64,000 bases of DNA, taken from Phoronis australis. Its lineage: Eukaryota > Animalia > Phoronida. The notes under the pieces are model-generated. The model made no database searches. It was given only the letters and a program-made list of their open reading frames with translations, and was not told where the DNA came from. Every line of letters begins with the position of its first letter. The stretch's first letter is position 1. The position numbers and the translations under genes are program-made. Below are positions 11,102 through 24,200 of this stretch, one piece after another. Location of the stretch: assembly GCA_002633005.1 (NCBI GenBank), contig NMRA01000011.1:377395-441394 (forward strand). Direction: 5' to 3'.

Positions 11102-13332
11102 AGTGGGTGTTCGGCCAGGCCATGTGTAAAGTTGTTCCATTCCTTCAGGGAACGTTTGTTAGCGCTTCTGTCAACACTCTAGCTGTCATAGCCTTCGACA
11201 GGTAAGACTCGCCAACAAGTTCACAAAAGGAGATCGTTGGCGCGTTCGTTGACATGCTGAGACATTCATTGCTGTGGTCTCGTGTTTCGCTCGTAATGCA
11301 TGGCGATACCTCGCGAAGACTTCTTTCGCGAGTGTCTCGTATCTAAGGAACGCCGCCCAGGAACATGGGCGTCTTAGCACTGAAAAAAGTGGGGCTCTAG
11401 CCCTCCCAGGGAATTAAACGTCCACAATTCAAATTCCCCTTATATTAAAAGTCTAACGGTTGGTTTTGTATGAATAACGCCCATCGCTACTCTTGCGTTA
11501 TAGCACCAAGTAGGCATATGCGCGTTGCAGCAACCCCTTCTGAACAAAGACGGTGCCTGATCTTAATTTGGGGTTGACAAAAACCACAAATTTCACTTTG
11601 AACCCCTCTTGCAAAATCCTGGGTCACGTTTCCGTTATTGTTTCCATCTATTATAATCTGTTGGACTAGCCGCTACGTGGCCACTCTTTTGAAATGCTCG
11701 GGAGAGGCCTGTTTCTATATCACTCCAGAATGTCGCCATATAGAAACTAAATGCTTCAAGTCCCGTTCTTGGGAATTAGATTTCACTGCGAAAACACTTT
11801 AGGTGCATGGGTGTGAGAATTTCCTCGACATCAAGCCATTACGAAGACGAAACTATTCGGTCATCACAGCCATCATCAGGCGGAGACGGTCAATAGCTCA
11901 TAAAACAAAAGCACTTTCATTGGCCAATCACGACCAGAAGCCAATTTGTACAGATAACCTCTGACTTAAGTGGGGAAGAAATTGACCGTATGATTGGTCT
12001 CCGTTTTCGTAAGAAGTCTACATATTGGATTTTTTCGTAATTATAAAGTCAGATAAAGGTGTTGATTAAATACTAAAGGTACGCTTTATGAAGACTCCCT
12101 GTGGTTTACATGTTTCTGGTGGAGGCTTTTCTATGTTTTCAAAACTGCAGACGACATTTCGTATTAATGCACGGCTTATTTCAGACGACATTGTTGAAGC
12201 ATTACATTGTTTCACTTGAATAATGAAAGTCTTAAAGTTTACCGTTCCATTCCTGTGATCAATTAACAGCACAATGACTGAGGAATAATAACGCCTCTAT
12301 AATCAAAGAAACGTTACAATATTGAATATGCAGGCCTGGCATTGATAACAATGTTGTTCAACTTAAAATGGGGAAGACTTCTTTGACCGGCCACGCATAA
12401 GCTTCAATGGGATTACATTTTGTATGAGAGACATGTTTTCTTTGAAATGGTCCAGGGTGTACTCGTTTGTCTTGTCAACCTTACAGAGATATATCCACGT
12501 CATTGTAATCTAGTTTTTTGACGTTGTTTTCTTTTTCAGGTATTTGGCCATTTGTCATCGTTACAAATGCAGCAAGAAGATGGCTTTGGTCATCATCCCG
12601 CTAATATGGCTGATTTCCGGTTCAGTCACGATACCGTGGTTGATAACGTACCGTCTAGAGGTTTGGGGGAATAACACTATCGCACATTGTGTTGAGGAAG
12701 GCTGGGCGAACCAGACAGATAAAAAGGCCTATCTCATTGGCGGAACATTCCTGGTCTGTTATCTTGTCCCTCTTGTATGCGTAACTGTCAGTTATACTCT
12801 GATAGGAATAAAGATTTGTCGTCGTAAAGCTATTGGAGAACAAAACTCGGCCACAGTTATTCAACAGTCGAAGGCAAAAGTTTTAAAGATGTTAATTACA
12901 ATCGTTGCACTCTTTGCGTTGCTATGGTTACCTCTTTATATCGTCATGATTTTGTACGACTTTATGGAATGGGATTCTTCTAATACAGCATTCCAAGAAG
13001 CTGTGTACGAAGTTTACCCGTTCGCCACGTTGTTCGCTACCATGAGCTGTTGTGTTAATCCAATTGTTTATTGTGCACTCAGTAAAAACTACAGAGACGC
13101 ATTCAAAATGCTACTAACGTGTCAAGTGAAGCTGAATAACAACACGTCTAACAGATCACGTGATGGTTACCAAGGCACGAGCAGTCTTAATTCCAAACGA
13201 CAAGAACAGAAGAAAAAACTATTGCAAGGTGTCGGAGGAAATTCGTTTGACAGTTGTCGAGGTACGTCCATAACTCGAGTCACCATCCGAAGTGACTCCT
13301 CCAGTTCCGACCACGCCGTTGCACTCGTGTAA
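11102..13332 (+). CDS. Class A neuropeptide GPCR, SIFamide/neuropeptide FF receptor family (partial: TM3-TM7 and C-tail; exons 11102-11201 and 12540-13332)
   Basis: Exon ttccag|..WVFGQAMCKVVPFLQGTFVSASVNTLAVIAFDR|gtaag joins in phase 2 to ttcag|R-YLAICH, rebuilding DRY. Also ECL2 CVEEGW, TM5 CYLVPL, QQSKAKVLKMLITIVALFALLWLPLY (SIFaR/NPFFR-like ICL3-TM6) and NPIVY. Confidence 0.88.
11846..12272 (-). mobile_element. Possible decayed Penelope-like element 3' remnant in the GPCR intron
   Basis: The minus-strand ORF has weak GIY-YIG-like words (CNAS..EISRAL, SFENI, VFIKR). It is followed by the hammerhead-like string CCTGATGATGGCTGTGATGACCGAATAGTTTCGTC. Confidence 0.3.
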
Positions 13333-13372
13333 TCACGTGTGTCTATTACTGTACAGGTGCAATCGGTGACTA

Positions 13373-14848
13373 CCTGAAAGGCAGCATGTATCAATGTTAG
13401 GACAAGCATGACATATGTCTTGACGTCATCCTTACTCCTGCTACAGGCTTGTGTATGACACCTAACTGTTTTAGTTTACATTTTGCTCGTAAGTAAAAGT
13501 GTGAACATGTTGCCAATGCTATTACATCTCCGCAGGATTCCTACAATGATGTTTCTTGCCAATTCTGCACTTCGTCGTTTGGCACTTTTACAATTATGAC
13601 ACCCAACTGAAATTTCCAGTTGCTTCTTACAAAAAAACTTCTGTAGGGAGATAATGAACTAGAATACATTTCATTTTGCATCTGAATAGGATTGTGTTTT
13701 GCAAGAAACGTGCTGAGCCATGAACCGTGGAGCTTTGAAAATTTGTGCGGATAACGTTAGTGAACTTTCAACATCTTTGCACTTTAATGATTATGCTTTG
13801 CGCAGGAAGCAAGTTTGAGAGGTTTACTCTAAGTTAAACAGAAGTTTTTTATTAAGTTTTTCAAATTCCTTTTTAGCAATATATTTGTCTTTTGTTAGCG
13901 TGACGTCGTAGTGATGTTGCTCAAACGGAAGTCTGTCTGTTTTGAGATTTGTGCAATATCACTTCTTGCTGTTGTTGCTACTTTATTAGATATTAAGCTG
14001 TTGCATACGATCAACGTGGGTGTCGACTTAAAATCGTAAGGTAGCCTTTCAGCTCACGAAAAATCTGCTTGGTCTTTGCACTGGCAGAAGAATCTGTTCT
14101 AAAATATACNCCTGAAAGGCAGCATGTATCAATGTTAGGACAAGCATGACACATGACTTGACGTCATCCTTCCTCCTGCTACAGGCTTGTGTATGACACC
14201 TAACTGTTTTAGTTTGCATTTTGCCCGTAAGTAAAAGTGTAAACATGTTGCCAATGCTATTACAACTCCGCAGGATTTCTACAATGATGTTTCTTGCCAA
14301 TTCTGCACTTCGTCGTTTGGCACTTTTACAGTTATGACACCCAACTGAAATTTCCAGTTGCTTCTTACAAAAAAAAATTCCATACGGAGATAATGAACTA
14401 GAATACATTTCATTTTGCATCTGAATAGGATTGTGTTTTGCAAGAAACGTGCTGAGCCATGAACCGTGGAGATTTGAAAATTTGTGCGGATAACGTTAGT
14501 GAACTTTCAACATCTTTGCACTTTAATGATTATGCTTTGCGCAGGAAGCAAGTTTGAGAGGTTTACTCTAAGTTAAACAGAAGTTTTTTATTAAGTTTTT
14601 CAAATTCCTTTTTAGCAATATATGTGTCTTTTGTTAGCGTGACGTCGTAGTGATGTTGCTCAAACGGAAGTCTGTCTGTTTTGGGATTTGTGCAATATCA
14701 CTTCTTGCTGTTGTTGCTACTTTATTAGATATTAAGCTGTTGCATACGATCAACGTGGGTGTCGACTTAAAATCGTAAGGTAGCCTTTCAGCTCACGAAA
14801 AATCTGCTTGGTCTTTGCACTGGCAGAAGAATCTGTTCTAAAATATAC
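13373..14848 (+). repeat. Near-identical direct duplication (~737 bp x2) of the GPCR 3' flank, joined by a single n; probable haplotype/assembly duplication
   Basis: 13373-14109 is repeated at 14111-14848 with scattered substitutions. The junction is exactly the n at 14110. Confidence 0.9.
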
Positions 14849-17218
14849 AAACACCCCTTACTTCAGATCAATTTCTCAAATTCCTTCCCTGTCGTCATGC
14901 TGCGCATGGAGCGTCCAGAAACGCTGTCTTTTACGAGTGGAAATTGAGTTATATCACATAATCCCAATGAAATACGCGATATTTCGAGGCGCGGACACTC
15001 GAATGTTCTGGCCTAACTCACAAAATACTCGCCTACGACCACAGCAGAGACTAGTCAGCTCCAATCTATTGTGGCTCATAGCTGGTCTTAGAAATTGCGT
15101 CTAGCAACTTAGCAACGAAGGCAGGTACTCCCAACAATTACAAGAACACAGATCGGTTCCTCATCGCAACAATCCTCATATACTTTTGATTCCTTGTTGA
15201 TATCCGCTGGGTGACCACGACACATTTATAATTTCACTGCCCGAGTATCAATTCACTTGACTTTACGAATGAAGAAGTCAATGCAGTCATTAACTTGACT
15301 GTGTTTTCGATTAGCTCGAAGCCGGCGTCCATCTTGGGGCTTGAACGAAGCTAGCAAAAAAATAGCTTTACTGAACAAATCTCAAGAACATTAAATTGCG
15401 CTTTCTTAGATCGTGGGGAGGCGTGTGAGAAAATGCTAGCATTTTGTTGGAGAACACGTACGGGGAAATGGATTATTAGAAGGGATAGTTATTGTGCTGT
15501 ACAGTATTGACTAAATGTACTTGACTGTTCTTGCCTCTTACGTACGTTAGTTTCATAATTGTTAGCTGTGTGTCTTAGGTTGATCTATATTAAGAACTGT
15601 ATATTTTCATTTTCAGTCAACAATCATGGCAGACGAAATGGCTTCAACGTGTAGGTGTTAGTGTTGTCAACCATTTTTATTCTTTCGTCTTCATTCGGTT
15701 AGCCGGGAATATTAGTATCACTGCACTTATAATTTATAATGAGCTTTTTAAGAATAAAGCGCGGGAAATGCCAGTTAGTAAATATTTGATTAATTTCTTG
15801 ATCCATACACGTCACTAGTGAGTTAGCGTTTTTTGCATGAAAATCCACTGTTATTAAAAACTGACGTTGACACTAACAGGAAAAGGAAATGGTGCATTTC
15901 TAGGTTCCATTAGACGCTTTGAGACACATACGATTGCTTAGAATTGCGATAACAAATTTACGGAGAGTTGGTGAAACGGTTAAATTTATAGCAGAAAACA
16001 ACAGCGCAGCTATCTTGTTTGCGACTCTATGCTTCCTTTGTTACTAAATTCTCTACCCTGGAAATTGAATGAAATTGCATTATTCTGGCACAGTCTTGCC
16101 TTATTGGCTGTTTTACGTGAATACCTTTTTGGGCGAACCTGCTGCAAATTGGTGCTCATTTTTAGGCATGCTACCGTTTTGGATAAACATAAGATGTTAA
16201 TGTTGAATGAAGATACTATTTCCTCTATTGTTATTAGTTTAGAAAACGGAATGAATTTTATAAGAGGAGCATCTCATGTATGTATTCGCGTTATTAAGTT
16301 TAACTTTCTGAATTCATAAAAATGAAGATGACGTGTCACTAAACGTGATGGGCCATCACTGTTGGTGTGTCAAAAAAAATTTTAAATGAACTTAAACATT
16401 CTGTACTGAATCCTCAATGAATTTTCACCAAACTGGTTGTCGATAAAATTCGTCTTATGAGGTTAAAATAGACCTGAAAGAGTATCTTTAAACAAGTAGC
16501 CGATAGTGCGTGAGGTTAACATTCTCAGTTTAGAATGGTGACGTAATGTTCGTGTGATTGCATGTCCATCCTGCGTACCAATCGCAACACAGGGGTCTAT
16601 TTGCGGAAGTGGCATTCTGAAATAAGCGGTGTACGGATACAACGGCTTCTATACGAGCAAAAGTTTCAGCTAAAATGTTGCAAAGTACGAGAGATTTTCA
16701 TTATAAACTCAATTATAGCCCACCTTGCGATTACAAGTCAGTTTCCAAATCAACGTAAATTTCGCACGGATGTGGCAACCATTGAGTAGAAGTTTCTTCG
16801 CCGCTTTTTCAGATATTGTTTTCGCAAATGGTATTGGAATTCCCCGCGAATGTTAGCCCCAATGGTATTAATTCATCCGTTGTTTGTTTTTGTTTTGTTT
16901 TTTCCTAAGTCAGTGCACCGGCTCTACTCAGTGTAACCTAGCGGTTGTTGATTGTTATGTATAGCCGGTCTTATTTGTAATGAGTGAGTGTGACTTTGTA
17001 TGCGTTCCGAGTAATCCTTCGAGAATCCAAAATAAACGACCACGTTTCGTATGGCGGCAACGCAATCACTTACATCAGCCAGAGAAAAGAGTTTACGGTC
17101 TCATTTCCCACCAATCCTGACCGATTAGATCACAATCAATATTAATACCAATTCCATTTCAAAAAGTTTTATGTGGCTGCTGGCAGTTTTTTTTTTGCAC
17201 ACAAAGTGCGTAAATGTT

Positions 17219-17284
17219 AAAAGCACTTGATACTAGTATTCGAAATGTTTGAAAACATCTCAAATACTAGTGTCAAGTGCTTTT
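17219..17284. repeat. 66-nt near-perfect inverted repeat (hairpin)
   Basis: AAAAGCACTTGATACTAGTATTCGAAATGTTT-GA-AAACATCTCAAATACTAGTGTCAAGTGCTTTT; 29 of 32 positions are complementary. Confidence 0.85.
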
Positions 17285-18240
17285 TGATTATGTACACTCT
17301 AGCACGCTCAATCGATCACACAGTTGTTTTCAGTATTTACATTTCTTGCTAAGACGCGTGTTGTAACGATGGATCTGAGTGTGCGACATCACACTGTAGT
17401 TTTTAATGTCGTTCATCAAATTCTATAGCTGTTTTATCGTTAAGCTCACTGCAAACAAGACAGCGCTGACCATTTTATTACAAATTATTTTCTGTGATAT
17501 TTCGTTGACGTGTATTTATTATAACATAAAGATAAATTAATAAACGTGGCAATACAAGATCGTCTACTTTGTGTACACGCAACGCACCTAGCTGTGGTTT
17601 TACATAACACTTTTTAAAAACAGGAACGAGATTTGCGCGACACCAATATTAAAGCAAAAGTTGATGCACAGGAAGAGTCAACAAACGGAAGACAATGAGT
17701 GGGACAGAAGTGGTGCCGTGCGGGGCTGAGTTCCAAAGACACACGGAACTCGCGAGTCTTCTTGAGATAACACCGTGCATACTAAATTTCTCGGGGGTGA
17801 CTTATTTGCAGTTCTATTAAATGTAATTTTCGCCTCAGTACTATGTGTACGAGGACATGTCTGAAATTAATTTTTTCTTCGGGCTATACTACGGCCTACT
17901 CGGTTACCTTCGCTACAGGCTTGTCGCAGGTCTTCAAATATCTTTTATTAAACATGTGTAATCACGTGGTCGTGGTTTCATGAGTTGAAAGCAGCATTTA
18001 AGACACGTGACCCTTGGGAGCGAAGGTAAGCACTTACCTTAACGCGACTGATAATGCATTATGTCACGATGATTTTCATGAAACATTGATGTAAAAAGTT
18101 TGTCGTTTCAAAGCAATAATGCGGTACTCATTTTACACAAACGTCCAATTATATATTTGTTCAGTGCGATTAATTACTTTATAAATCTGATTTAACCTTG
18201 TACATATTTACAAAACCATGGTAGAACGCTTCCACGCTGA

Positions 18241-21200
18241 TCAACTGTTTCTCGTATAGACTCCAGGGGATGACGACGGAAATGTTGCTTGTCTACCTCT
18301 CAGTTGTGGACGCGGAATTTCTAAAACAAAGTGTAATGGATTAATATAACTACGAGGATTATCGTCATTAATAGCTTAAATTAATGTAAACACGACCATT
18401 ATGTTTTGGTTCCAGGAAAACACATTTTAGTACGTAAACATTGTAATTTCATCTGAGTTTAAAGGTTTAAGTTTGTGACGTCAACGACAAAGATAGCAAT
18501 CAGAAAGTGTCGCTTTACCATATGCCTGGGGGTCATTTCTGTGAAGCAGGCGATCATAGTATCCAGCGCGGCCGTTGCGATGCATTATGGCGCGCTCCCC
18601 GATTTCGTCAGTTCGCGTTTCCTCAAAAGGTGGCGGGACAGGAGTCTGGTATTTGCCTCCCTTTGCTTGTGGTCTGTGTACATCTTGGGATAAACTTTCA
18701 AGTTCCGTTGACCTAAAACATTGAAAACCATTTACCCGTGTTTTAAAACATTGCTGTTTAGTAGAGCAAAAGATGGCTGCCATACTAAGTTATGCTTTCG
18801 AATCCATTCTTCACTGCCATAGTACAATGAATAGCTTAAAGCTGTTGTAATGCATTCCCTTTCCAAAGAAATGATATAATGTGCTGTCAAAACGTAGGTA
18901 GGACCCTCGGAAAACTTCGATTCTATCGGAACTTTGAAGTCGCCTCTAATCTGACAAAAGGAATAGAGAGTTTTCAAAATTTCCTGATGGGAAGCGGGTT
19001 TGTGTGGCCGCTTTGTGGTTATGTAGGACCCTAGAAAAATGTCGAAATTTGTCTAATTTCGGAACACCATACCTTAGATGACTGGTCGGATTTCTATGAA
19101 ACTTTCAAATACTATGTTTTATGCGCTATCCTCCAAAATGCTTCAGGTGTTACTTTTTAACTGTTTCACTTTTGAATGAAGCGCTCTCAGAATTAGGAGT
19201 TTATGAAACAAGCTGAAATAATTATTTAGAACATTGCGGTTTTGAGTTTCCCTCTTGAACATATGCATTAAACGAAATTCGGTCATATTGTTTTGCAATG
19301 GAAGTATCTTCCCTTTTCCTCAAATTTTGCTAAAAAGACATGGTCACATGACTCAACCACTGGAAGAGTGGTATTCACATTCTTTGAGTTTTCTAATTTC
19401 AGAATATGTGAATGTAAATATTTGGCTAAATACAATATAGTGGCGGGCTTATGACAGACAACGTGACTATGCCCCCACCTCTGAAATTCTTCCAGATTTC
19501 ATTTGGCAGTTCGCGGATGCAAATGTATGACGGGGTAAAATCTTGGCTCGAATACTTTGCCCTAGCCCCCCCCCAAATCGAAATCCTGGATCCGCCCCTG
19601 CAATGACTTACTGACAAGGTACTACAAAATCTTAAATTTGCTGACCATCATAGCATTGTTTTCAACCCTGGGTTGAAACTGTGAGTTGGCCTGGGCCGTG
19701 TAAATAGCGCCGTCAATTTTGGAAGAGCTGATAAACTACATCCTTGAAAATGCTCTGAACCTTCTCGGGGGCAACCGCAATAAACTATTACAATGGCGTG
19801 GAATATTACGAGAAACTGCTAAATTATTTAAAATGACTTATTTTTACTAAAATGACGTAGGCAAGAAATCGAATATAGGGCCAGTTTCTGAAATTATTTC
19901 CACAAAATCACCGTTTTTTCAGACTGGGACAGACATTTCGTTACCTTGTATCGATTACGCCTTTGGTGATTGACTTTTGACGTCTTCTTCGTCGCCTCGT
20001 CACTACGTACAAAATTATCAAAATCAAAAGGAGGATCAGGACGCAGACAGCGCCACCTATCGCGGCGATCCAGGCATACGAGTTCTCATCTTTGGCCGGG
20101 TCACGCTTGAGGTTGCACCGTGTTCCAAAGTAAATTCCCGTGCACCTTACAGGAGAATAAGAGAATTTCAATTTCTTACAAAGACACGTGACTTTGCTAA
20201 GTTTGTTTTATTAAATTTCATTTAATATTTGAATGAACAATCACAACGACAAGGTCGTTGGAGAACAAACCCAGCTGTAGGGACCACTGGGTCCCGCACG
20301 GATGGAAGGGTGATATCAAGTTATTCTACCGAGCAAACTTGATTTGCACTTCTCTATGACTGGGTAAATTAGGTGTGACTGGATTAAAAAACAAACGTTG
20401 ATTTAATTAGAAACCAAGATAAAATCGATTTTTTCCAAAATTTGCAAACTAGCAGAAACAAATGTTGCATTTCGCAAGATTGTAACCAAGATGTCGTAAA
20501 CGTGTGGTAAACTACCTGCAGAAAATGCTTGTCATCTCAGAGGTCGTGAATGTTTGGCAGATGCCATTGTTCTCACAGTAGCTTCCCACAGTTGCACAGG
20601 TCACTGGAAACACAGGTAAATAATGTTTAATGGTCCCATGTACTTTTGTCATCTTTCAAAAAACACATACCTATGATAAGTACCAATTGCTCCACAATTC
20701 TTATTGACATAACATCGCTTATTAATCAGCCGCGACCTCTATTGGCTGATAGGTTATACCAGATTCACCGACCCGGCGAGGCTTCCATTACATTTTGAAA
20801 TTTAATTACCGAAAAATATTATCTTACTGATTTCCACAATTTGAAATTACCTATGGACACTCTCATAAAATAGCGACCAAAAGGCAGGGGAAAACGACGA
20901 TTGGTCATGAATTTTTATACCATCAGTGTGTCGAGTTTGTAGTGGCACTGGATTTTAGTTTGGTTTCACGAAGTTTCTTCGTTCATATAAAAAGTTGGGT
21001 TGCACTAGAATGTTCTAGGGCCTCAGAGGCTAAGTTTGAATATTTTGACTCGTAGTTAACATTAAAGTGGTGATTGCCCGCATTCACCGAAAATTAATTT
21101 GTAAGTATTGGTGTCTGTAGAAATGTTCTCTTAAATACAGGCCCTACAAAAATATCCGTTAAAAACTTCGGTTTACAAATATAAATGTGGATCTCCCATG

Positions 21201-24200
21201 TTCCTTGGATTATTTCATTTCTTGGCGTGCCGTCACAACATAAACACAAGTGCCCTCGGTTAGCTAGTCCAAAGAAAACGAAAAAAAAAATAATCGAATG
21301 CTGGCTTTGTACATTCGAAAGTGACCAGGCATTCGACCTGTGCTGCAGTAGCAGGTTGTACTTTAACTCTACATGGTTTCTAGTAGCAGCTTTGACAATC
21401 CCAGTATCATCTCGTTCTGTTCGCTGATACCAAGAACACGTTACAACTGTCGTGGTGACCCAATCTTGCATTTAATAAAAACAAACGCGATCCCTATAGA
21501 AACAGTAACTATCTTACCATTTTGCCCGTCCACGGTAAACTGCCCCACGACTTGATACGTAGTGCCATTACTTTCCAGCTTACCACTGAGGGCGGTGAGT
21601 GCTGAAGATACTTCCAGCCACGTGCGACCCTGAGCCTCCTTGTCGAGCACTTTGTCAAAAATAACCCTGTGCTCCACATCAACGCTTCCACGGCTACAAG
21701 CGAAACAATCAACATTTGGTGCAGATAGACAGACAAACAGCCAGAAACAGATAAGACAAAGAGGCATGCAAGAAGGTGGACAGACAGACAGCCAGAAATA
21801 TGGATTGAAAGCTTTATTTTTTAAATTCCGTAAAACCTATAAACTTTCAAAATAGTACATACAGATTCAAGTAAAAATAATTTCACTGGCATATGCTATA
21901 TGTGGCTTAGGTTGCAGTTACGTACAGTGAACTGAAAAGTTCGCCTGCAACGTGTGCTTATTCCACACATTTATCCTACAAACTACTCATAAATTGCAAA
22001 TTCAAAAGTTCACTAGCAAATGTGAAACATGCCGCCCTATTTAGCCACATTTTCATTAACGAGGCTTGTAAAAAGGATCTACAAGTATTCATCAGCGTGA
22101 CGCGTGGCGGTCAACGTAACTCAGTGATGACGGTCGCCACACGGTGTGTGCGGAAGTCATTGCTGCGTTCCGTAAGACTAGTTTTGTGCGAGTTTTGTGA
22201 GATCACGTACTACTAGTAGTTCTTTGGGAGATGTCGTCTATTACAAACGAAACATGTGATCTCAGTAGCTTCCACTCGGGAATATCTTGCGTTACGAAAG
22301 AATCCCTGGCCACGCCACTTTCCAAAGAGCTACCCCGTGGATTTCGTTAAAACAGACTTGCACAACCTGCTTACAGCATTTAAATACAAGCACGCTTTCC
22401 AATCGAAATGAGCCAGTACAGAATGGATCTTGGTAACAGGTCTGTTCTCTCCGCGACCCAAGGTTCCACCAATACGTAAAATCTCCGTTTTAAAAATTGT
22501 TTACATAACTGGTGAAACCCTTAGATTAGGTTTATTAACCGCCAAGGTACCAATACCATCAGAAACGAACAAGAACTCACCGGAACTTGCGTATAACAAC
22601 GGAGCGCGCCGTAAGTTGCCGACCGTAGTTAACGTTATTGTAGAACTTCGTCAGCTGAAAAATGGATACTCGAGTGAATAGAGGAGAGAGTGTGGCTCAG
22701 TGGTGTGAGCTCTGGACTCCCGTTTGGGAGACCCGCAGTGGCGGATTTAGAGGGAGGCCAATGGGATTATGACCCCTTAAATTTCTCCCAGATTCCATTT
22801 GGCAGTTCGAGGATGCAAATGTCTGACAGGCAAAATCCTGGCTAATACTCTGCCCTGCCCCCCACCCTAACTCAAAATCCTGGATCCGCCCCAGACCCAG
22901 GCTCGAATTCTGGCCTTCATTGGCAGACAATCGCGCATTGCACAAAGGCGTCTCCTACTCCTCTGAGCTCAGGTACTAGTGAATGTATGCAAGGGATGAA
23001 TGAGAAACTGGATATAATGCGAAAGCGATGTCTGGGGCTGTGCTCATACTAAGGAATTTAAAAGTGAATGTTTCATATACAAGAAAAAATTTCTTCTGGG
23101 CCAGTTCCAAGGAGTCGATTTTTTTTCAAATTTAATCGATCATACATTATCGGAAATATTGGAAGATCACCATCAGGAGAATACGCGGGAGCATCTTGAA
23201 AAGTGTGTTGCCGAAAGGTTTATTAATGAACGGAACTGCATAACAGAAATGCAATACAGGAAGTTAGTCAGCCTTTGAAGTGGTTATAAAACCAAGAGGC
23301 GAACCTTTGATGTAAAGCATAATTACCGCAATAAAATTAGTCTGAACTTGTCCCTTACTCGCATGACAAGTGTTTTCAGAGCTTGCAATGATTTGACAGT
23401 TCATTGTAACAGTTCTTTGAGATCATGCTCAGAGCTTAAAAATGACACGCCGTGATACGCCAGCAAGTACAGTCTGATCTCAAGCTACAACGACAATTCG
23501 TTTAGAGCGCTGGGATCATTTGTAGTTTGATTAAGTAACAATTTGAGACCAATTTCATAACGGTAATTAGTCTAAATTAAAACTTGGTTGTTGTGAAGGA
23601 AGACACATTTAGTCACTTCAAGCTAAACGGTATTCAGATCGGTTGATATTCGTATGACATAAAACTTGTTATATTTCTCAAGGTTTTTCAGGCACTTTAA
23701 GCGTGTGGAATTATTAACTCTTTCCATTATCCCATGTGGAGAGTTATATTTCCAACATGATTGCATATTGGTGAGCATTTTTCCAGGACTTCCAGTGAAA
23801 TCCATACAAACTCACAAAGTTTCTCTTCGAAAATTTCCTTACTCTCTTTCAAAACAGTAGTTTATCTGAAGAAACTCACCAATTCTCGCATAACCAGAGC
23901 TAGCTGGTACGATCGATCTGCCGTCATAAAGTTATAGTCGGAATGGAATGCCAAGTCAAACTTGAGCCTCGCAATGAATGTACTTCTTGGGACCAATATT
24001 GTTGGCTGTGAAGTGAGCGCACCAGTAGGCACTGTTGCCGTGGTGGTCTTGGGTAAGGAAGTCGTGAATGATGGTGTGGTGGACTTGATCTCAGAAGAAG
24101 ACATTTGGGACTGTGTGGTTGCTGGTGAAGAAAGTGTTACAGACGGTGGAGTTGGCATGGAAGACGACGTTACAGAGGATCTCATTTCCAAGGAAGACGT

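Noticed and set aside
17219-17284. miR-430/302-like miRNA because the hairpin contains AAGTGCT
   Set aside because: The heptamer lies at the base of the 3' arm, not at a mature 5' seed position, and the loop is only 2 nt.
22685-22915. tRNA gene
   Set aside because: A/B boxes are present but there is no complete cloverleaf, it is interrupted by a MITE, and a SINE-like body follows.
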